A stretch of 64,000 nucleotides of DNA from Eledone cirrhosa (Eukaryota): NCBI GenBank assembly GCA_964016885.1, contig OZ024745.1, forward strand, positions 14,942,001 to 15,006,000. Reading direction: 5' to 3'. This document shows, in pieces, positions 42,821-58,101 of the stretch (position 1 is the stretch's first letter; each line of letters starts with the position of its first letter). A model generated the notes under the pieces. It did not search any database. It was not told the origin of the DNA and saw nothing but the letters and a program-made list of their open reading frames with translations. Both the position numbers and the translations under genes were made by a program.

Positions 42821-45025
42821 TAATAGATTAAAGTTTAAGCAAAGAATCGCTGCTTTCACCCTTAACGGGATCTTCTGAAACTAAAAAGTCAATATGTCAT
42901 CGCAGAAGTAAATATTTCAAAAAACGTTGCAACCGAAGGAAGACAGGAAGACGATACTTTGGTTCGTGAAAACGTTCCCTGGCAAAGAACGGAAAAAACG
43001 AAGATAATACGTCATTATGTGGACCATGGTGAACAATTAGACCCAAAGATAAAACCACGTAAATGGTATAAAAGAAGTCGTAGACTAAAATTCTATTTAG
43101 GAAACCGAATGATTCTCGGCTTCAGAGTTAAGAATAAAGAAAAGAAAATACAGAGGTAATTGAAATTAAATATATACATACACGCATCCATATACGTACA
43201 TACACAAGCATACGCAAAAACACTCGCCATGCGTATGCAAATACAAGCACGTACATAAAAAAACACACGCACATACAGAACCCACGAAACGCCAGTACCC
43301 GCACACATACGAACGTATACACCAAATACACATAAAATATATATAAAAAAAATATATATATGTGTGTGTGTGTGCGTGTATACATATAATTAAATAAACG
43401 TATATAAATATAAACACATAAATACGTATATAACGCGCGCACACACACACACCTACATGTAAATACACATATGTTCGCAGACGCACGTCAACCAAAACAC
43501 AAAGTACACATATACACAGACCCTACATACGTACGAACCCGCATACTCACACAGACGCAAAACTCACGTATATACATAACCAAATGCACATGTACCAGTA
43601 TATATAATATATACGCCATAACATATACAAGCAACTATACGTACGAGAAAGTATACGTACCTTAACAAAACATACAGGTAATAAATACTTACCTATACAA
43701 ATAAGTAATGGTATAAACATAACATATACTTAGCTACCACATCAATACGTAAAATATCCGCGTATAGTTCGTACTATCCGTTAGGGTATAATGGGGGGGG
43801 GGGGCTGTAATACAGGAAAGTTTTGTGCAATTTATGTTTACAAGCCGAAATTGCCTCAGATTTTTTGTTTAAGATGTGGTCTTTGGCGTAGAGTATTTCC
43901 AGGGCCTCAGCGGCGCAGAGGTCACATGGTCTTTTATTTCCGTTATACGATCTAGCCCTAGCTAGGATCTCCCAATGTAACTTATATTGTGTGTGGTTGT
44001 CTTTTAGACTCCAGATATAAGCTGAAAGTGACATCATATTCCTTCTTAAAGGGTTAATAAAAGAATGGGTATGCATGTAAAGACGCTGCTTGAATATATT
44101 GGCGGTTAACCCTATATAGGCCCTACGGGATGTGGGTGTTTCAACCTTACATTTGTAGACAATGTTACTAGAGAGGCATTTCCCGGATAGGGGGCAGTAA
44201 ACTCGATTCCTACAATTACAGTTAGTACTAGCTACAGGGTTGCACGTGTTCCTACGGCTAGGTAGTTTAGCTAAATTTGAAGCTGTGATGTTATGTGCAA
44301 GGTTAGGAGTCGTAGAGTAAGAAATTTTAATGGTATTTCTATTAAAATGTTTACTATATTTATGTGCTGGGGGAAATGCTTCATAATAAGGGAGAGAAGG
44401 ATCTTAGTAATGGTGTGGCCACCTCCATATTATATGGTGGGTATACCATATAATGCGTCGAGATCTATTTTTCCTAGGTCTATTCTCGTACTCTGTATAT
44501 GCTACCTTATCGACAAATCCACTCCGAGCAAGAGCTTCATTGTAATATGTGGAATGGTCGTTGAAAATATGCTCGTTTGTAGATAGACGGGAAAGCCTCA
44601 AAGAAACGTTTCTTATCAGGTTCCTGGTTATGCTGGCAGGATGGTTAGAATGCTTACTTATGTAATTAAGCGTATTATTCGGCTTTCTATACGGGTAGTG
44701 CAAGCCATTCGACAAATTAAGGGTAACGTCGAGGTAATTAACGACCAAGAGGTTGGCCTCAACCTGTATGGAGAGGTTGAAGCCTTTAAAGAAGGTTGTG
44801 AGTTCTTTTCTGAACCTGTCGCAAGCACGTGGGCCGCACTTTGTCAAGGTCAAAATACCGTCATCACGGTACAAACCACCGCCCACGTTGGGGAATTCTT
44901 CCTTGATAGAGAAAAGGAGGAAAAGGCCGATAAGATCAGTAACCTCCGCAGAATTGCTGGCGCCCATACTCACGTCGAATGGGGTACTATTAGTTTTTTA
45001 ATCCTTATCGAGCCCTCTTCAAATT

Positions 45026-45030
<5 letters not shown>
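42821..45030 (-). mobile_element. 5'-truncated Penelope-like element (family A) with 3' pLTR
   Basis: MGA.NSAEV.DL, GGLYRDDG, YLDVTL RT motifs (44404-44973), frameshifted GIY-YIG to 43774, ~950-bp 3' region ending in a hammerhead-like motif; flanked by (TA)n. Confidence 0.9.
42832..42882 (-). ncRNA. Hammerhead-like motif with CAGAAGA core
   Basis: agttt CAGAAGA t-ccc-gttaa-ggg-t GAAA gca-gcgattctt-tgc TT aaact; identical copy at 48119-48169. Confidence 0.6.
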
Positions 45031-45095
<65 letters not shown>

Positions 45096-45245
45096 GAGGG
45101 GGAGGGAGAGAGTCTGCCGTGCTGATATGCAGAGTGGGTATATAGAGAGGTAAAATCGCGAAGTTTCGGCACAAGCCGAAACCGCTTGCCACCGCGGATG
45201 GGATTTAACCTCTCTCTCTCTTCCCAGTCCTCTCCCTCCCACTCC

Positions 45246-45323
<78 letters not shown>

Positions 45324-45381
45324 ATATATATATTAAATTCGACCTGGGCAACAGCCGAAAACTATCAAACTTTATCAAAGT

Positions 45382-45489
<108 letters not shown>

Positions 45490-45679
45490 CTCACGATCCA
45501 TAGATCATAAGGTCGTTATCAGGTGGCTTATTATTTTCGTGTGCAAGACACTATATTTTACGTTGCTCCAGTCCAGTCAGCTGGCAAATATGAGTTGTTC
45601 CTTAAGTTCGAAGGACCAGCCATTTCATATTGTGTATCACGCTGAGATCATCCTGGGAACGTTAGAGATACCAGTGACA

Positions 45680-46200
45680 GCAGAATGCTTAATAACTTGC
45701 CGGGCCCCTTCCACACCATGCTGCCCTCAACGAGGTCACACAGCATGGCTTGGACGCTGCAGGCTTCCCTTCCAAGGTCGAGCCAGTGGGGCTGGACCGA
45801 GGGGACGGCAAAAGGCCAGATGGCATGACCATCTTCCCGTTCCACGGCAAATCCTCGTCTGGGATTCCACTTGCACAGTCACTTTCTCCAGCCGCAACCT
45901 GGTGCAGTCTGCGACTAACCCAGACTCTGCTGCACGTCCGGCTGCTGAAGCCAAACGCTTCAAATACCGGTCGCTCTCCAACAGGTTTGTGGTTGTACAC
46001 TTGGCAGTGGAGACTTCTCATGTCTTCGGCCCTAGGGCTACCTCCCTACTCACCACCATAGGCGCTGAGCTGGTCAGGCGCAGGTGTGAGCCGAGAGAGC
46101 TGGAATGGCTTTTCCAGCGCATCTCCCTTGCCGTCCCCCCGGGGAAACGGCTTCTCCATTTGGTCCGCCGGGACTGTGGGGAGGCCACCAATATGATTGA
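45680..46200 (+). mobile_element. CRE-like non-LTR retrotransposon RLE fragment
   Basis: EP.GLDRGDGKRPDGMT, LVWDSTC, LAVET..VFGP, WLFQRISLAV motifs across frameshifts. Confidence 0.8.
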
Positions 46201-46357
46201 CTGAATTGTCATTTTGTCAGTCAGATGTTCTAATGATTCTATAAATTTAATTGCCTTACATTTAACAATCAACAAAAATAAACTTGTACACTAATATCGG
46301 AAGTAGGCTTCTCAGTTGATTGTATTAACTGGAACACACGTCGACGTACCCTACTGA

Positions 46358-46419
<62 letters not shown>

Positions 46420-46536
46420 CGACGATGAATTGGTTTTGAGAGGTTTTTTATATATCCATATATATATAGTTATGTTTATGTATGATATATATACAGTATA
46501 TATATATAATATATATATATAGTTATGTATAACTTA

Positions 46537-46639
<103 letters not shown>

Positions 46640-46669
46640 TATATACATATATATAGTTATGTATATCTT

Positions 46670-46720
<51 letters not shown>

Positions 46721-47125
46721 GTGTATATAAATGTATTTATAACAACGTGTATATCTTTTTGTGTGTATCATATATTTTTTGTCAATGGACATGTCATTTT
46801 ACGCATACCTTTGTATATCTGTGTGTGTATGTGCGTGTGCGTGTGCTTGTGTGTTTATTCAGTTTCCCGATTCTATGTATACGGGTAACATTATAGGAGA
46901 ATGTGTATATACGTAAGATTATGGGAGAAAAAATGGTTAAATTAATAATATCTAAACTATAGAATAGTTTGTGAATCACGTCGTTCATTGAAATGACAAG
47001 GAAAGATATGTTAAACTTTATGACATAAAAACTGATGTGTTTGAATAATGTACATCTGATTTTTTACTTTTTATATTTTTCTTTCTCTTGAAATATAGAA
47101 TGAGAGAAAAATATTTAAAAATCTA

Positions 47126-47214
<89 letters not shown>

Positions 47215-47225
47215 TATATGTACAT

Positions 47226-47274
<49 letters not shown>

Positions 47275-47277
47275 TAT

Positions 47278-47358
<81 letters not shown>

Positions 47359-47484
47359 ATGTACATATATATTATTATTATTATATATATATATAGGTTA
47401 GCAGCAATGTTGCAAACAAGTACAAATGATGTACGTTTCGACGGTCGAATGGTGTCTGAAATATACATATATTGTTAAATATGT

Positions 47485-47810
47485 TCTCTTCCTTTACGTT
47501 CTAAGTTCAAATCCCGCCGTGGTTAACTTTGCCTTTCATCCTTACGGGGTCGATAAAATAAAGTACCAGTAATGCACTGGGTAATTTGCTGGCCTTGTGC
47601 CAAAAGTAGAAACACTTATTTAAACAGGTATCGGTAAAAGGTCGGACGCCATGCTTTGCAGCATAGAGTTACGACCCTTTACAGTCGGAGTTCAATTCCT
47701 GCCGAGGTCAACTTTGCCTTTCATCCTTATGGCTTCGATAAAATAAAGTATCAGTAATGCACTGGGGTAATTGCTGGCCTTGTGCCTAATGTAGAAACAA
47801 CTATTTAAAT
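47485..47810 (+). mobile_element. Two tandem SINE copies
   Basis: Core actttgcctttcatcctta...gctggccttgtgcc occurs twice in tandem. Confidence 0.8.
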
Positions 47811-47828
47811 AGGTATACATACATACGT

Positions 47829-48063
<235 letters not shown>

Positions 48064-48070
48064 GTAATAA

Positions 48071-48181
48071 TAATAAATTTGAAGAGTAAAATCCAAAGAG
48101 GGCTCGATAAGTATATATAGTTTCAGAAGATCCCGTTAAGGGTGAAAGCAGCGATTCTTTGCTTAAACTTTAATCTGTTAT
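48071..48181 (+). mobile_element. Mini element of family A: terminal module + hammerhead-like end
   Basis: taataaatttgaagag...ggctcgataag joined almost directly to agtttcagaaga...taatctgtta. Confidence 0.8.
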
Positions 48182-48185
48182 TTTA

Positions 48186-48237
<52 letters not shown>

Positions 48238-48324
48238 TTCCTTTCTGAATTTGTTTAGCAAGATTCTTTATCTGAAATCGTGTGTTGAAACCGATATTGT
48301 TATTTTTTTGGGAGGGTCATGTAT

Positions 48325-48376
<52 letters not shown>

Positions 48377-48410
48377 TAAAATAACAGATTAAAGTTATAT
48401 ATATATATGT

Positions 48411-48488
<78 letters not shown>

Positions 48489-48525
48489 TTTATATATATA
48501 TACATACACACAGACACATATATAT

Positions 48526-48557
<32 letters not shown>

Positions 48558-48638
48558 GGTGTGTGTTTGTCTGTATTTGAATGTGTATGCGTGTAAAAGT
48601 TAGTACGGGTCTAGTTACCTTAAATGCATAACACACAC

Positions 48639-48683
<45 letters not shown>

Positions 48684-49099
48684 ACACACACAACACACAC
48701 ACAAGCATACATCTAGAGTTATTTAAAAATATGTGTTGTGTAAAGCTATGACTTACTTCTGTCATTTTACAAGGGATTCTATCCAACTGATATTTCTTTT
48801 TTTTTGTTTCGTTTCTCTTCTTCGAAACTTTTCAAATGAATATTTATGTCTGTCGAAATTATTCTTTCCATTCAAATTATAGTTCTTCGATGAAAATTGC
48901 TTTACTTTACGGTTGTGTCATAAATTCAGCAATATATTGGCAAAATGAGATAATGTAAAGCTCATGAAAACCTGTGTGGTGTTTTAGACAAGTTATGTAG
49001 ATTGGGGAACTTGAGATCGTTACCAACTGTCAGTACTTGTATATAATACACACATACGCTCGCACACTCACACACACAGACACATACACACACACACAC

Positions 49100-49145
<46 letters not shown>

Positions 49146-49230
49146 ACACGCTCTCTCACACACACACACGCTCACGCACATACACACACACAAACTCACA
49201 CACTCACACACACGCTCTCTCACACACACG

Positions 49231-49269
<39 letters not shown>

Positions 49270-49286
49270 CTATATATATATATATA

Positions 49287-49504
49287 AGTAAGTATGTTTT
49301 GAAACAGTGAGCGAGTTTGAAATTAGAAAATATATAGCTTTCACCGTATTTTTAACTAAAGGAATTTTAGCTTGATAACGGGGTTTAGAACCCTCAGATA
49401 AATGGAAAAAGATGAGTATTGACGTACATCTTTTTCCATTTATCTGAGGGTTCTAAACCCCGTTATCAAGCTAAAATTCCTTTAGTTAAAAATACGGTGA
49501 AAGC

Positions 49505-49512
<8 letters not shown>
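49287..49512. mobile_element. Tail + perfect hairpin insert in (TA)n (family D)
   Basis: About 42-bp unique segment, then apparently perfect 86-bp arms 49329-49414 and 49427-49512. Confidence 0.88.
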
Positions 49513-49555
<43 letters not shown>

Positions 49556-49678
49556 GGAGGTGAGTTTTATTGTAGTACAATAAAGCAATGCAGATATCGG
49601 ATAAGAAGCACTCTACAGTTTGTAGGACTGGAGTATAAATAATATATAAGATCAAAAGATGGTTAAAAGAGTTCCATG

Positions 49679-49749
49679 TATTTTATTATGCGCATTTCAA
49701 AAACAAATATCATCATGCAATAACATTTGCGTTTTCGTCAGATAAAATA
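49679..49749 (-). ncRNA. Type I hammerhead ribozyme motif
   Basis: Minus strand: tattttat CTGACGA [stem II caaatgtta/tgatatttg] GAAA tgcgca TA ataaaata; perfect 8-bp stem I, palindromic stem III. Confidence 0.85.
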
Positions 49750-49969
49750 GCGAGACATGATATGAAGGTTAAAACACACTTGTGAATAGTGCAGTTTTAA
49801 ATCAACATATATATATATATATAAATATATATATAAAGATTTACATATACACAAACTAGACAAAGTCATATATATATATATATATATGTTTTTGACAATC
49901 ATTCAAGATGTGGCTCAGTGACGAATTAATTAATTAAATGATTAACAATCAGAGCAATATACTATAATG

Positions 49970-50150
49970 TATGTCCATAGAATCAGTTGATAAGATATAT
50001 ACACCATCTCTTCTCCCAATCAGCATAATCAACCACACAAAAAAACAATTAGACCAGGCTATAAGATTAAAAGGCACCTATGAAGAAATAATAGATAAAT
50101 AAATGACAGCCATCTATTCGCGATTAACAGCTATAGAATATTTACCCAGC
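49970..50150. repeat. Dispersed repeat homologous to 130-310
   Basis: tgtccatagaatca...tcttctcccaat...aaccacacaaaaaa...gctataagattaaaaggcac present at both loci. Confidence 0.85.
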
Positions 50151-50172
50151 ATTATTGAATGTATATATATAT

Positions 50173-50306
50173 GAGTCCTGGGTTCAATCGGGGGTAACCA
50201 CTGTAAGTAAAGTACTCAATAGATCAGTAGTTTGTAAAAGAAATCACGAGGAAAGCCTGATGATTTTTTTCGAATGAAACAGTTCTAGTCCTATTGTGTT
50301 GAAGCC

Positions 50307-50310
<4 letters not shown>
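50173..50310 (+). mobile_element. Family C-like tail + degenerate hammerhead
   Basis: gggttcaatcgggggtaaccactgtaagtaaagtactcaata resembles 12186-12240; ctgatga...gaatgaaacagttctagtcc without stem I partner. Confidence 0.65.
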
Positions 50311-50363
<53 letters not shown>

Positions 50364-50376
50364 TCTCTCTCTCTCT

Positions 50377-50410
<34 letters not shown>

Positions 50411-50412
<2 letters not shown>

Positions 50413-52267
50413 CGAAGGAAATGTGGTAAGGAACCAGGTGGACCATAACGCACCAAAGTACTCAATACTTAGGGTAGTAGAGTGGGTAATAGGAACGAGT
50501 AGGACCCGGACGGCTAATTCTGGACTAAATGAAAATTTTTATCCTGGTATATGAATAGCCGAGCTTCTCAGGGGGTAATTCCATATATGGTAAAAGTTAT
50601 TGTCACAAGGATTGGTCAAAAGTTTGTTGTTGAGACACATAATTCTATCATGGGAATTTGTGGAGGGAAGGGATAGCTGAACTTGCCAGTAGAAGAAAGA
50701 GGGAGAGGGAGTGGAGGAAACCCAAATGTGCGTAGATAGTGCCAACTACAGCAGAATCCTAAGGATAAGAGGTCAAGAGAAGTATACTAGGGAAGGAGAG
50801 GGGGAGGAAGTCGAAACAACATGGGGTAAATATATAGAAAAATACCGAGAATGTTAAAAAAAAAAAAAATTTCTGGTTACTATAACCTAAGGACAGCTAT
50901 CAAGTCTCTCACTGGTACTGCTAGACTAAAGAAAGGTTTAATAGGTGGGACGGAATTATAAAGAGGCCCTTTTAAGAGGTATAAGTAATCAACCGAGTAT
51001 ATCTTACGGTGACGGGTCAACAAGTGGGGGGCCAAAATACTAAAGAAACTACCACGAAATAATAATTCAGAGTCCCGAGACCAATACGAAATAAAGGTTT
51101 CTACCCCAGGCACAAGGCCAGCAACCAACCAGTGCAAAAAAAAAATAAACTAATACGAAATAATAATTCAGAATCCCGAAAAAGAATACTAATACTATCT
51201 CTAAGGGTGCCGCTACGATACAAAAATTCTAGTGCAAACTACATAAATGCTCGTACGAAGTATATGAAAAAATTTTATACGGAAAATAATTCAGAATACC
51301 CCCCCCCCCCCAGCAAAAAAAAAACAAACTGATGTACGGAAAATTAAAGCAAAGATACCACTGAGAAATATAGAAAGCACGGAAAAGGGGCAGCCATCGG
51401 ATAAGAAGGCAAGTATCCGGGGTCTAACACATCTGCTATAAAAAGCGAAGTCGGCCAATTCTATCATAGAATAGGGGGAGGGGGTGGGGTACTGAGGCTA
51501 CAAAGGACCAAAGGGCTGCCTCGGGTGGGAGAGAAAGTGAAAAGGACGACGAGAAAGAAAGAGGACTGGGGTGGAAGGACTAGGGAGGGATGGGGGGAAG
51601 AAGGAAATATAGAGGAAGCGATAAAAAGATATAAAAGATCTTACGTCTACCTTTGCAAGCAGGGGTTACCCTTTACAAAGTCGGCAAGTGGGGTGTTATA
51701 GCCCTAGTCTACCCCCCGGGTCATTATGGGGTTTGAGGGCGAGGTAAGTCCTACGCAATCTGTGTTTACATGCAGTTACCAGTTCATCTTTCTTGTTTAG
51801 GAGTTGGTCCGTCGAAAACAGCATTTGTAAAGTTTCCTCCGAGCATAAATTGCAAATTTTTTATTTTTTTACACTTAATTGTTTTTTTTAACATTCTCGG
51901 TATTTTTCTATATATTTACCCCATATTGTTTTACTTATTGTTTCGACTTCTTCCCCCTCCCCTTCCCTAGTATACTTCTCTTGACCTCTTATCCTTAGGA
52001 TTCTGCTGTAGTTGGCACTATCTACGCACGATTGGGTTTCCTCCACTCCCTCTCCCTCTTTCTTCTACTGGCAAGTTCAGCTATCCCTTCCCTCCACAAA
52101 TTGCCATGATAGAATTATGTGTCTCAACAACAAACTTTTGACCAATCCTTGTGACAATAACTTTTACCATATATGGAATTACCCTCTGAGAAGTTCGGCT
52201 ATTCATATACCAGGATAAAAATTTTCATTTAGTCCAGAATTAGCCGTCGGGGTCCTACTCGTTCCTA
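50411..52267. mobile_element. Tail + long inverted repeat insert in (TA)n (family B, long; non-coding)
   Basis: 80-bp segment as at 11976, arms ~50490-50860 and ~51882-52267 (mirror ORFs 50539-50745 and 52012-52218), ~1 kb internal region. Confidence 0.9.
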
Positions 52268-52283
52268 TATATATATATATAAG

Positions 52284-54188
52284 ATGATCAAGGATATTAA
52301 ATTCCGTAGAGCCACCACACCATTCCAGGCCTACTTAAATGCCGAATTACGGAATATAAAAAAATCCCCTAATCTTTATGTCTCCTCCGATAAAACCAAA
52401 AACGTTTATGAGGTAGACCCACTGACCTACAATAAGCTGGCAAAAAATACCATCACGACCACCTACAAAAAGGTAATAGAGAGGGCACTGACTGAGACAA
52501 ACGCGGGCGGAAAATAAATCGCCAAGTCCCTTAAATTACACGACCGAACCGAACCTTTAAGGGTAAAGACCCCGCACTTTACCCTGAAGGACCATAAGGG
52601 AAACTTCCTCAACAAACCATCAGTCAGACTTATCAACCCCACTCGTTCTGACATCGGCTCTATCAGTAAGAAGATCCTGGATAGAGTTATACCATCATTG
52701 CGGGCAGCCTCACCACTTCCACTCTGGAGCAGAACATCTGAGGCAATATCATGGTTCCAAAAATTACCCGACAAACACCACACTCGCTTCCTGCAACTCG
52801 ACATAGAAAACTACTATGCCTCTATCTTGGAGCCCCTCCTGAAGGACGCAATTAACTTTGCCAGGAATTTTACCACCATTACCGATGCTGAGCAAGTTGT
52901 TATCCTCCACGCTCGTAAGACCTTTCTATACGACGATGAATCTTACTGGATCAACAAGAAATCTCAGACCCCATTTGATGTTAGCATGGGGGCGAGTGAC
53001 TCGGCTGAAATTAGCGACCTTGTGGGCCTGTACATCCTACATCACCTGAAGAACCTCTTTACCGGCCTAACGGGAGGTTTATACCGAGACGACGGCCTCT
53101 TCGTCCTGCATAAGGTTAACCCCAGAACCACCGATGGGTTTCGGAAAAACTTAAGCTCTTTCTTCTCTAATCTAGGATTTAGTATAACTATAGAATCTAA
53201 TTTGACTAAGGCCAACTTCTTAGATGTCACTCTCGACCTAGATACTTCCCTCTATTACCCGTACCACAAACCTAACGAGTCCCTTAAAAATATTAATGTT
53301 AATTCAAACCACCCCCAAAACATCACTGATAACCTAGTAAAAGGCGTCTCTATTAGAATATCTGGCCTCTCCGCCAACAAAGATATTTTTAATGCATCTG
53401 CCTCCTACTACAATGACGCCCTCGCCCGTAGCGGATTTAAAGATAAGATAACTTACCTAGAAACCACCGCAAGATTGCAGAGGAGGAATAGACATAGGCA
53501 GATTAGCTGGTACAACCCTCCCTTCAATAGAGAGGTATCTACTCCGATAGCTAGGATTTTCTTCACTTTACTGAAATTACACTTCCCCATACAACATAGG
53601 TACCACACCATCTTTAATAAGAACACAATAAGACTGTCTTACTCCACCACACCTAACCTAGCTAGGAATATAGCCAACCACAATTCTAAAAAATTAAATA
53701 AGCCAACCACCTCCGAACCCAATCCCCGGACTGGGGCTCTATGTAATTGCCTAAATAAGGAAGCATGCCCACTTGAAAACAAATGCCTCACAAATGATAT
53801 CGTATACAAATGCGATGTCATCTCAGGCACCGAGGATTGCAAAAAAACTTACATCGGCATGACCTCCAACAACTTTAAGACCCGTTGGTATGCCCATACC
53901 CACTCCTTCAGAAGACGGGACAAATCAAATCAGACAACACTCGCCTCCTACGTTTGGGACCTCAAAAGGAACTCCACCCCCTTCACGCTTAAATGGAAAA
54001 TACTCCAGAAAGCGCGCTCTTACAACGGAGGACACAAGAGCTGCGACCTTTGTATTTCAGAGAGCTACGAAATTTTATTCGCCAAGGGCCCACTACTGAA
54101 CAAACTCTCTGAACACTGCCCGAACTGCATGCACAAGAACTTTGCAACTTTCAAACACTTTAAGCCAGTGTTAAAGCCCGATGGCTAA
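52284..54188 (+). pseudogene. Penelope-like (Neptune-type) RT + GIY-YIG endonuclease, 5'-truncated, one in-frame stop
   Basis: ORFs 52284-52517 and 52698-54188 are in the same frame, separated by TAA at 52515. Motifs: DKT, LDIENYY, MGA, YRDD, FLDV, CNC..CPL..CL..IVYKC, YIG. Confidence 0.93.
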
Positions 54189-54676
54189 AAACGACCTCCC
54201 CCTATTGGCCCCTATACCTCCTTCTCACCCTACCCCCACCCCTCCTCAACCTGAAATACGGCCACTATGGTTATGTGAGTACCTCTTTCCTATCTACATT
54301 TTCTGCCTGTAGAGGTGTTTTTATGTGCCTGCGTATATGCGTATATTTATTGAGTACTTATTTATTTGTATGTGTATATATTTGTGTGTATGTGTGTATA
54401 TGTATGTGTATGTATGTATATATATGTATGTGTGTGTGTGTATCTGTGTATGCGTGTATATATATGTATATATGTGTGTATATATGCGTATATATGTCTG
54501 TATATATGTGTATATTTATGTATAGGTCTGTGTATGTATGTGTATATATGTATATATATAGATATATATAGATATATTTATATATATGCATGTGTATGTG
54601 TGTGTTTGTGTGTGTGTGTATATATGTGTATATGTGTGTGTGTGTATATATGTGTGTGTATATGTATGTATATGTA

Positions 54677-54765
<89 letters not shown>

Positions 54766-54937
54766 ATATTTGTATATATATTTGTATATGTATGTATGTA
54801 TGTATGTATGTGTGTATGTATGTGTGTGTGTGTGTATATGTATATATGTGTATATATATATTGTGTGTGTGTGTATGTGTATATATATTTGTGTATATGT
54901 ATATTTGTATATATATGTATGTATGTATATATATGTA

Positions 54938-54967
<30 letters not shown>

Positions 54968-54968
<1 letters not shown>

Positions 54969-55700
54969 TCGTTAACTACTTTTCCCATCTTGACGTTATA
55001 GTCGCATATATGTTATAGAATGCCGTTAGCTTCTTGCTAAAACAATCTCTATACCTCTCATTTATATTTATATTTATACTTGATTCTTTTCCTAGAGTGC
55101 TTAAACTATCTGTGACTAATCCCGGTTTTTTTCATAAAAACTGTGATAATTATTGCTATTTTGCTGAACTCCTTTGTAGAGTTTTTTTTTCAGAATGTAT
55201 TTGACTGCTATTTCTTGTAAATAAACATTCACTTCCATCCTGACGTCACTAGCCCCGTTTTTTCCTCATGTGCTTTTTCATAAATACACATGAAGGCGAA
55301 CTAGCCAGTTTTAGAATTCCCTTTTTCGGATTATATTACTGTGAGAGCCCTGGTTTTCTGTTGAGCTCTGCTGATGATTGAAATTCCAACCGTGACCATC
55401 TCCACTGAAAGTTTTCATGAAATAGTCTTTTAAGACTATACAGAGCATTTGATGTTATTCCAAATTGAAGGATAAGTGTTTCAAACTTTATTTTATCATG
55501 AGTTAAAGGTCTATAGATTTTCCCTGGATTTTACTAAATTCTGTGGATGAATTTATATCCTGATTCTCTTTTGAGATGAGTTTGAGTTATTTTTCCTAAA
55601 TCTTTCGTTAACTACTTTTCCCATCTTGACGTTATAGTCGCATATATGTTATAGAATGCCGTTAGCTTCTTGCTAAAACAATCTCTATACCTCTCATTTA
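54968..55700 (+). mobile_element. pLTR/retrozyme-like unit with 97-bp terminal direct repeats
   Basis: 54968-55064 is repeated at 55604-55700 (period 636 bp); internal hammerhead; TA tracts on both sides. Confidence 0.8.
55365..55446 (+). ncRNA. Type I hammerhead ribozyme motif with long stems
   Basis: gctctg CTGATGA t-tgaaa...tttca-t GAAA tagtct-ttta-agacta TA cagagc. Confidence 0.88.
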
Positions 55701-55945
55701 TATATATATATATATATTAGAAAGATCGAGTATCGAAAAATCGGCGCACGAGTTCACGATAAACGAGATTCGACATGAGCGGCAGAGGGCTCAATAATTC
55801 AGATGAATCAGAGCTATAACTATCGTTAAAATACCGTCACATATAGAACAAGTCTACAATCAACCATACGATTTAAAATCGATAAAGGAAGATTCGGGAC
55901 AAACAGATAAAAAATATCAATAAAACAATACGTCAATAATTTAAA

Positions 55946-56053
<108 letters not shown>

Positions 56054-56097
56054 ATATATATGTGTATGTATTTGTGTATGTATGTATGTATGTGTGT

Positions 56098-56145
<48 letters not shown>

Positions 56146-56177
56146 ATATATATATGAATATATGTATGAATGGTGTA

Positions 56178-56231
<54 letters not shown>

Positions 56232-56328
56232 GTGCTTTTTCCTTATATATGTGTATATATGTGTGTGTGTGTGTATATATATGTATGTATGGGTGTGTGT
56301 GTGTGTATGTATGTGTATATATTTGTTT

Positions 56329-56370
<42 letters not shown>

Positions 56371-56546
56371 TTGTGTGTATGTGTGTGTATATGTATATAT
56401 GTGTGTGTGTGTATATATATGTATTATATATATATATATATGTATATATATGTGTATATATATATATATCTATGTGTATATATATGTATATGTATACACA
56501 TGTATATTTGTGTTTGTATGTATGTGTGTGAGTGTATTTATATGTG

Positions 56547-56588
<42 letters not shown>

Positions 56589-56608
56589 TATGTGTGTGTG
56601 TATATATA

Positions 56609-56657
<49 letters not shown>

Positions 56658-56739
56658 ATGTGTGTATATATAAATATATTTATATATGTGTGTGTGTTTT
56701 TATGTGTGTATATGTGTATGTGTATGTGTGTTTATGGTT

Positions 56740-57384
<645 letters not shown>

Positions 57385-57386
57385 TA

Positions 57387-57418
<32 letters not shown>

Positions 57419-57419
57419 T

Positions 57420-57870
57420 TAACACCATTCAGAACACTTAGATGTCATTCCCGCTATCTGATAGTGCTGTGTTATAGTATGGAGCTTCCCTATCAAGTAT
57501 CTATTTGGGGGAAGATAAGTTAAAGATCTGATGGGTAATGTTGGGACTAGGTTTTTAAAGAATACTGGTGGGTGTCAGTGTCCTCTATTAATATATCTTT
57601 CATTAGGCTTATGATAAAGTTAAATCGTGCCTGTAGCTATATCAAAGTTAACATCTACGAAAATGGCGTCGGTTAGATTTAAATCTACGGTTATTTTAAG
57701 TCTTAAGTTACTAAAGGTCTGTATTAGTTCCTGGCTGTATTTATCAAGGGAATTATCATTGCAGTTATGGGGGACTGCAGGACCATCATCGCGTTAGAAA
57801 CCAATGATATGTTTGTAGAATTCTTCTTTATGTATATGAAGGATATATAATCCAACCAGTCATTTATTGT
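57420..57870 (-). pseudogene. Decayed Penelope-like RT fragment
   Basis: Minus strand gives RDDG and FVDVNFD-like remnants colinear with the other PLE RTs. Confidence 0.6.
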
Positions 57871-58043
57871 TGGTTTGTCGGTGTTTCAGATGTGTTATTT
57901 CTCACTTAAACAAAACTGAAATCATTCTGAACTATCATTTGTTTATTAACACACCAGCCTCCTACACACGCGTACGTACATTTATACACACATGTTAATT
58001 ATCTATATATATAATTATATAATTTTTGGCCCACTAGCCGGCT

Positions 58044-58101
<58 letters not shown>

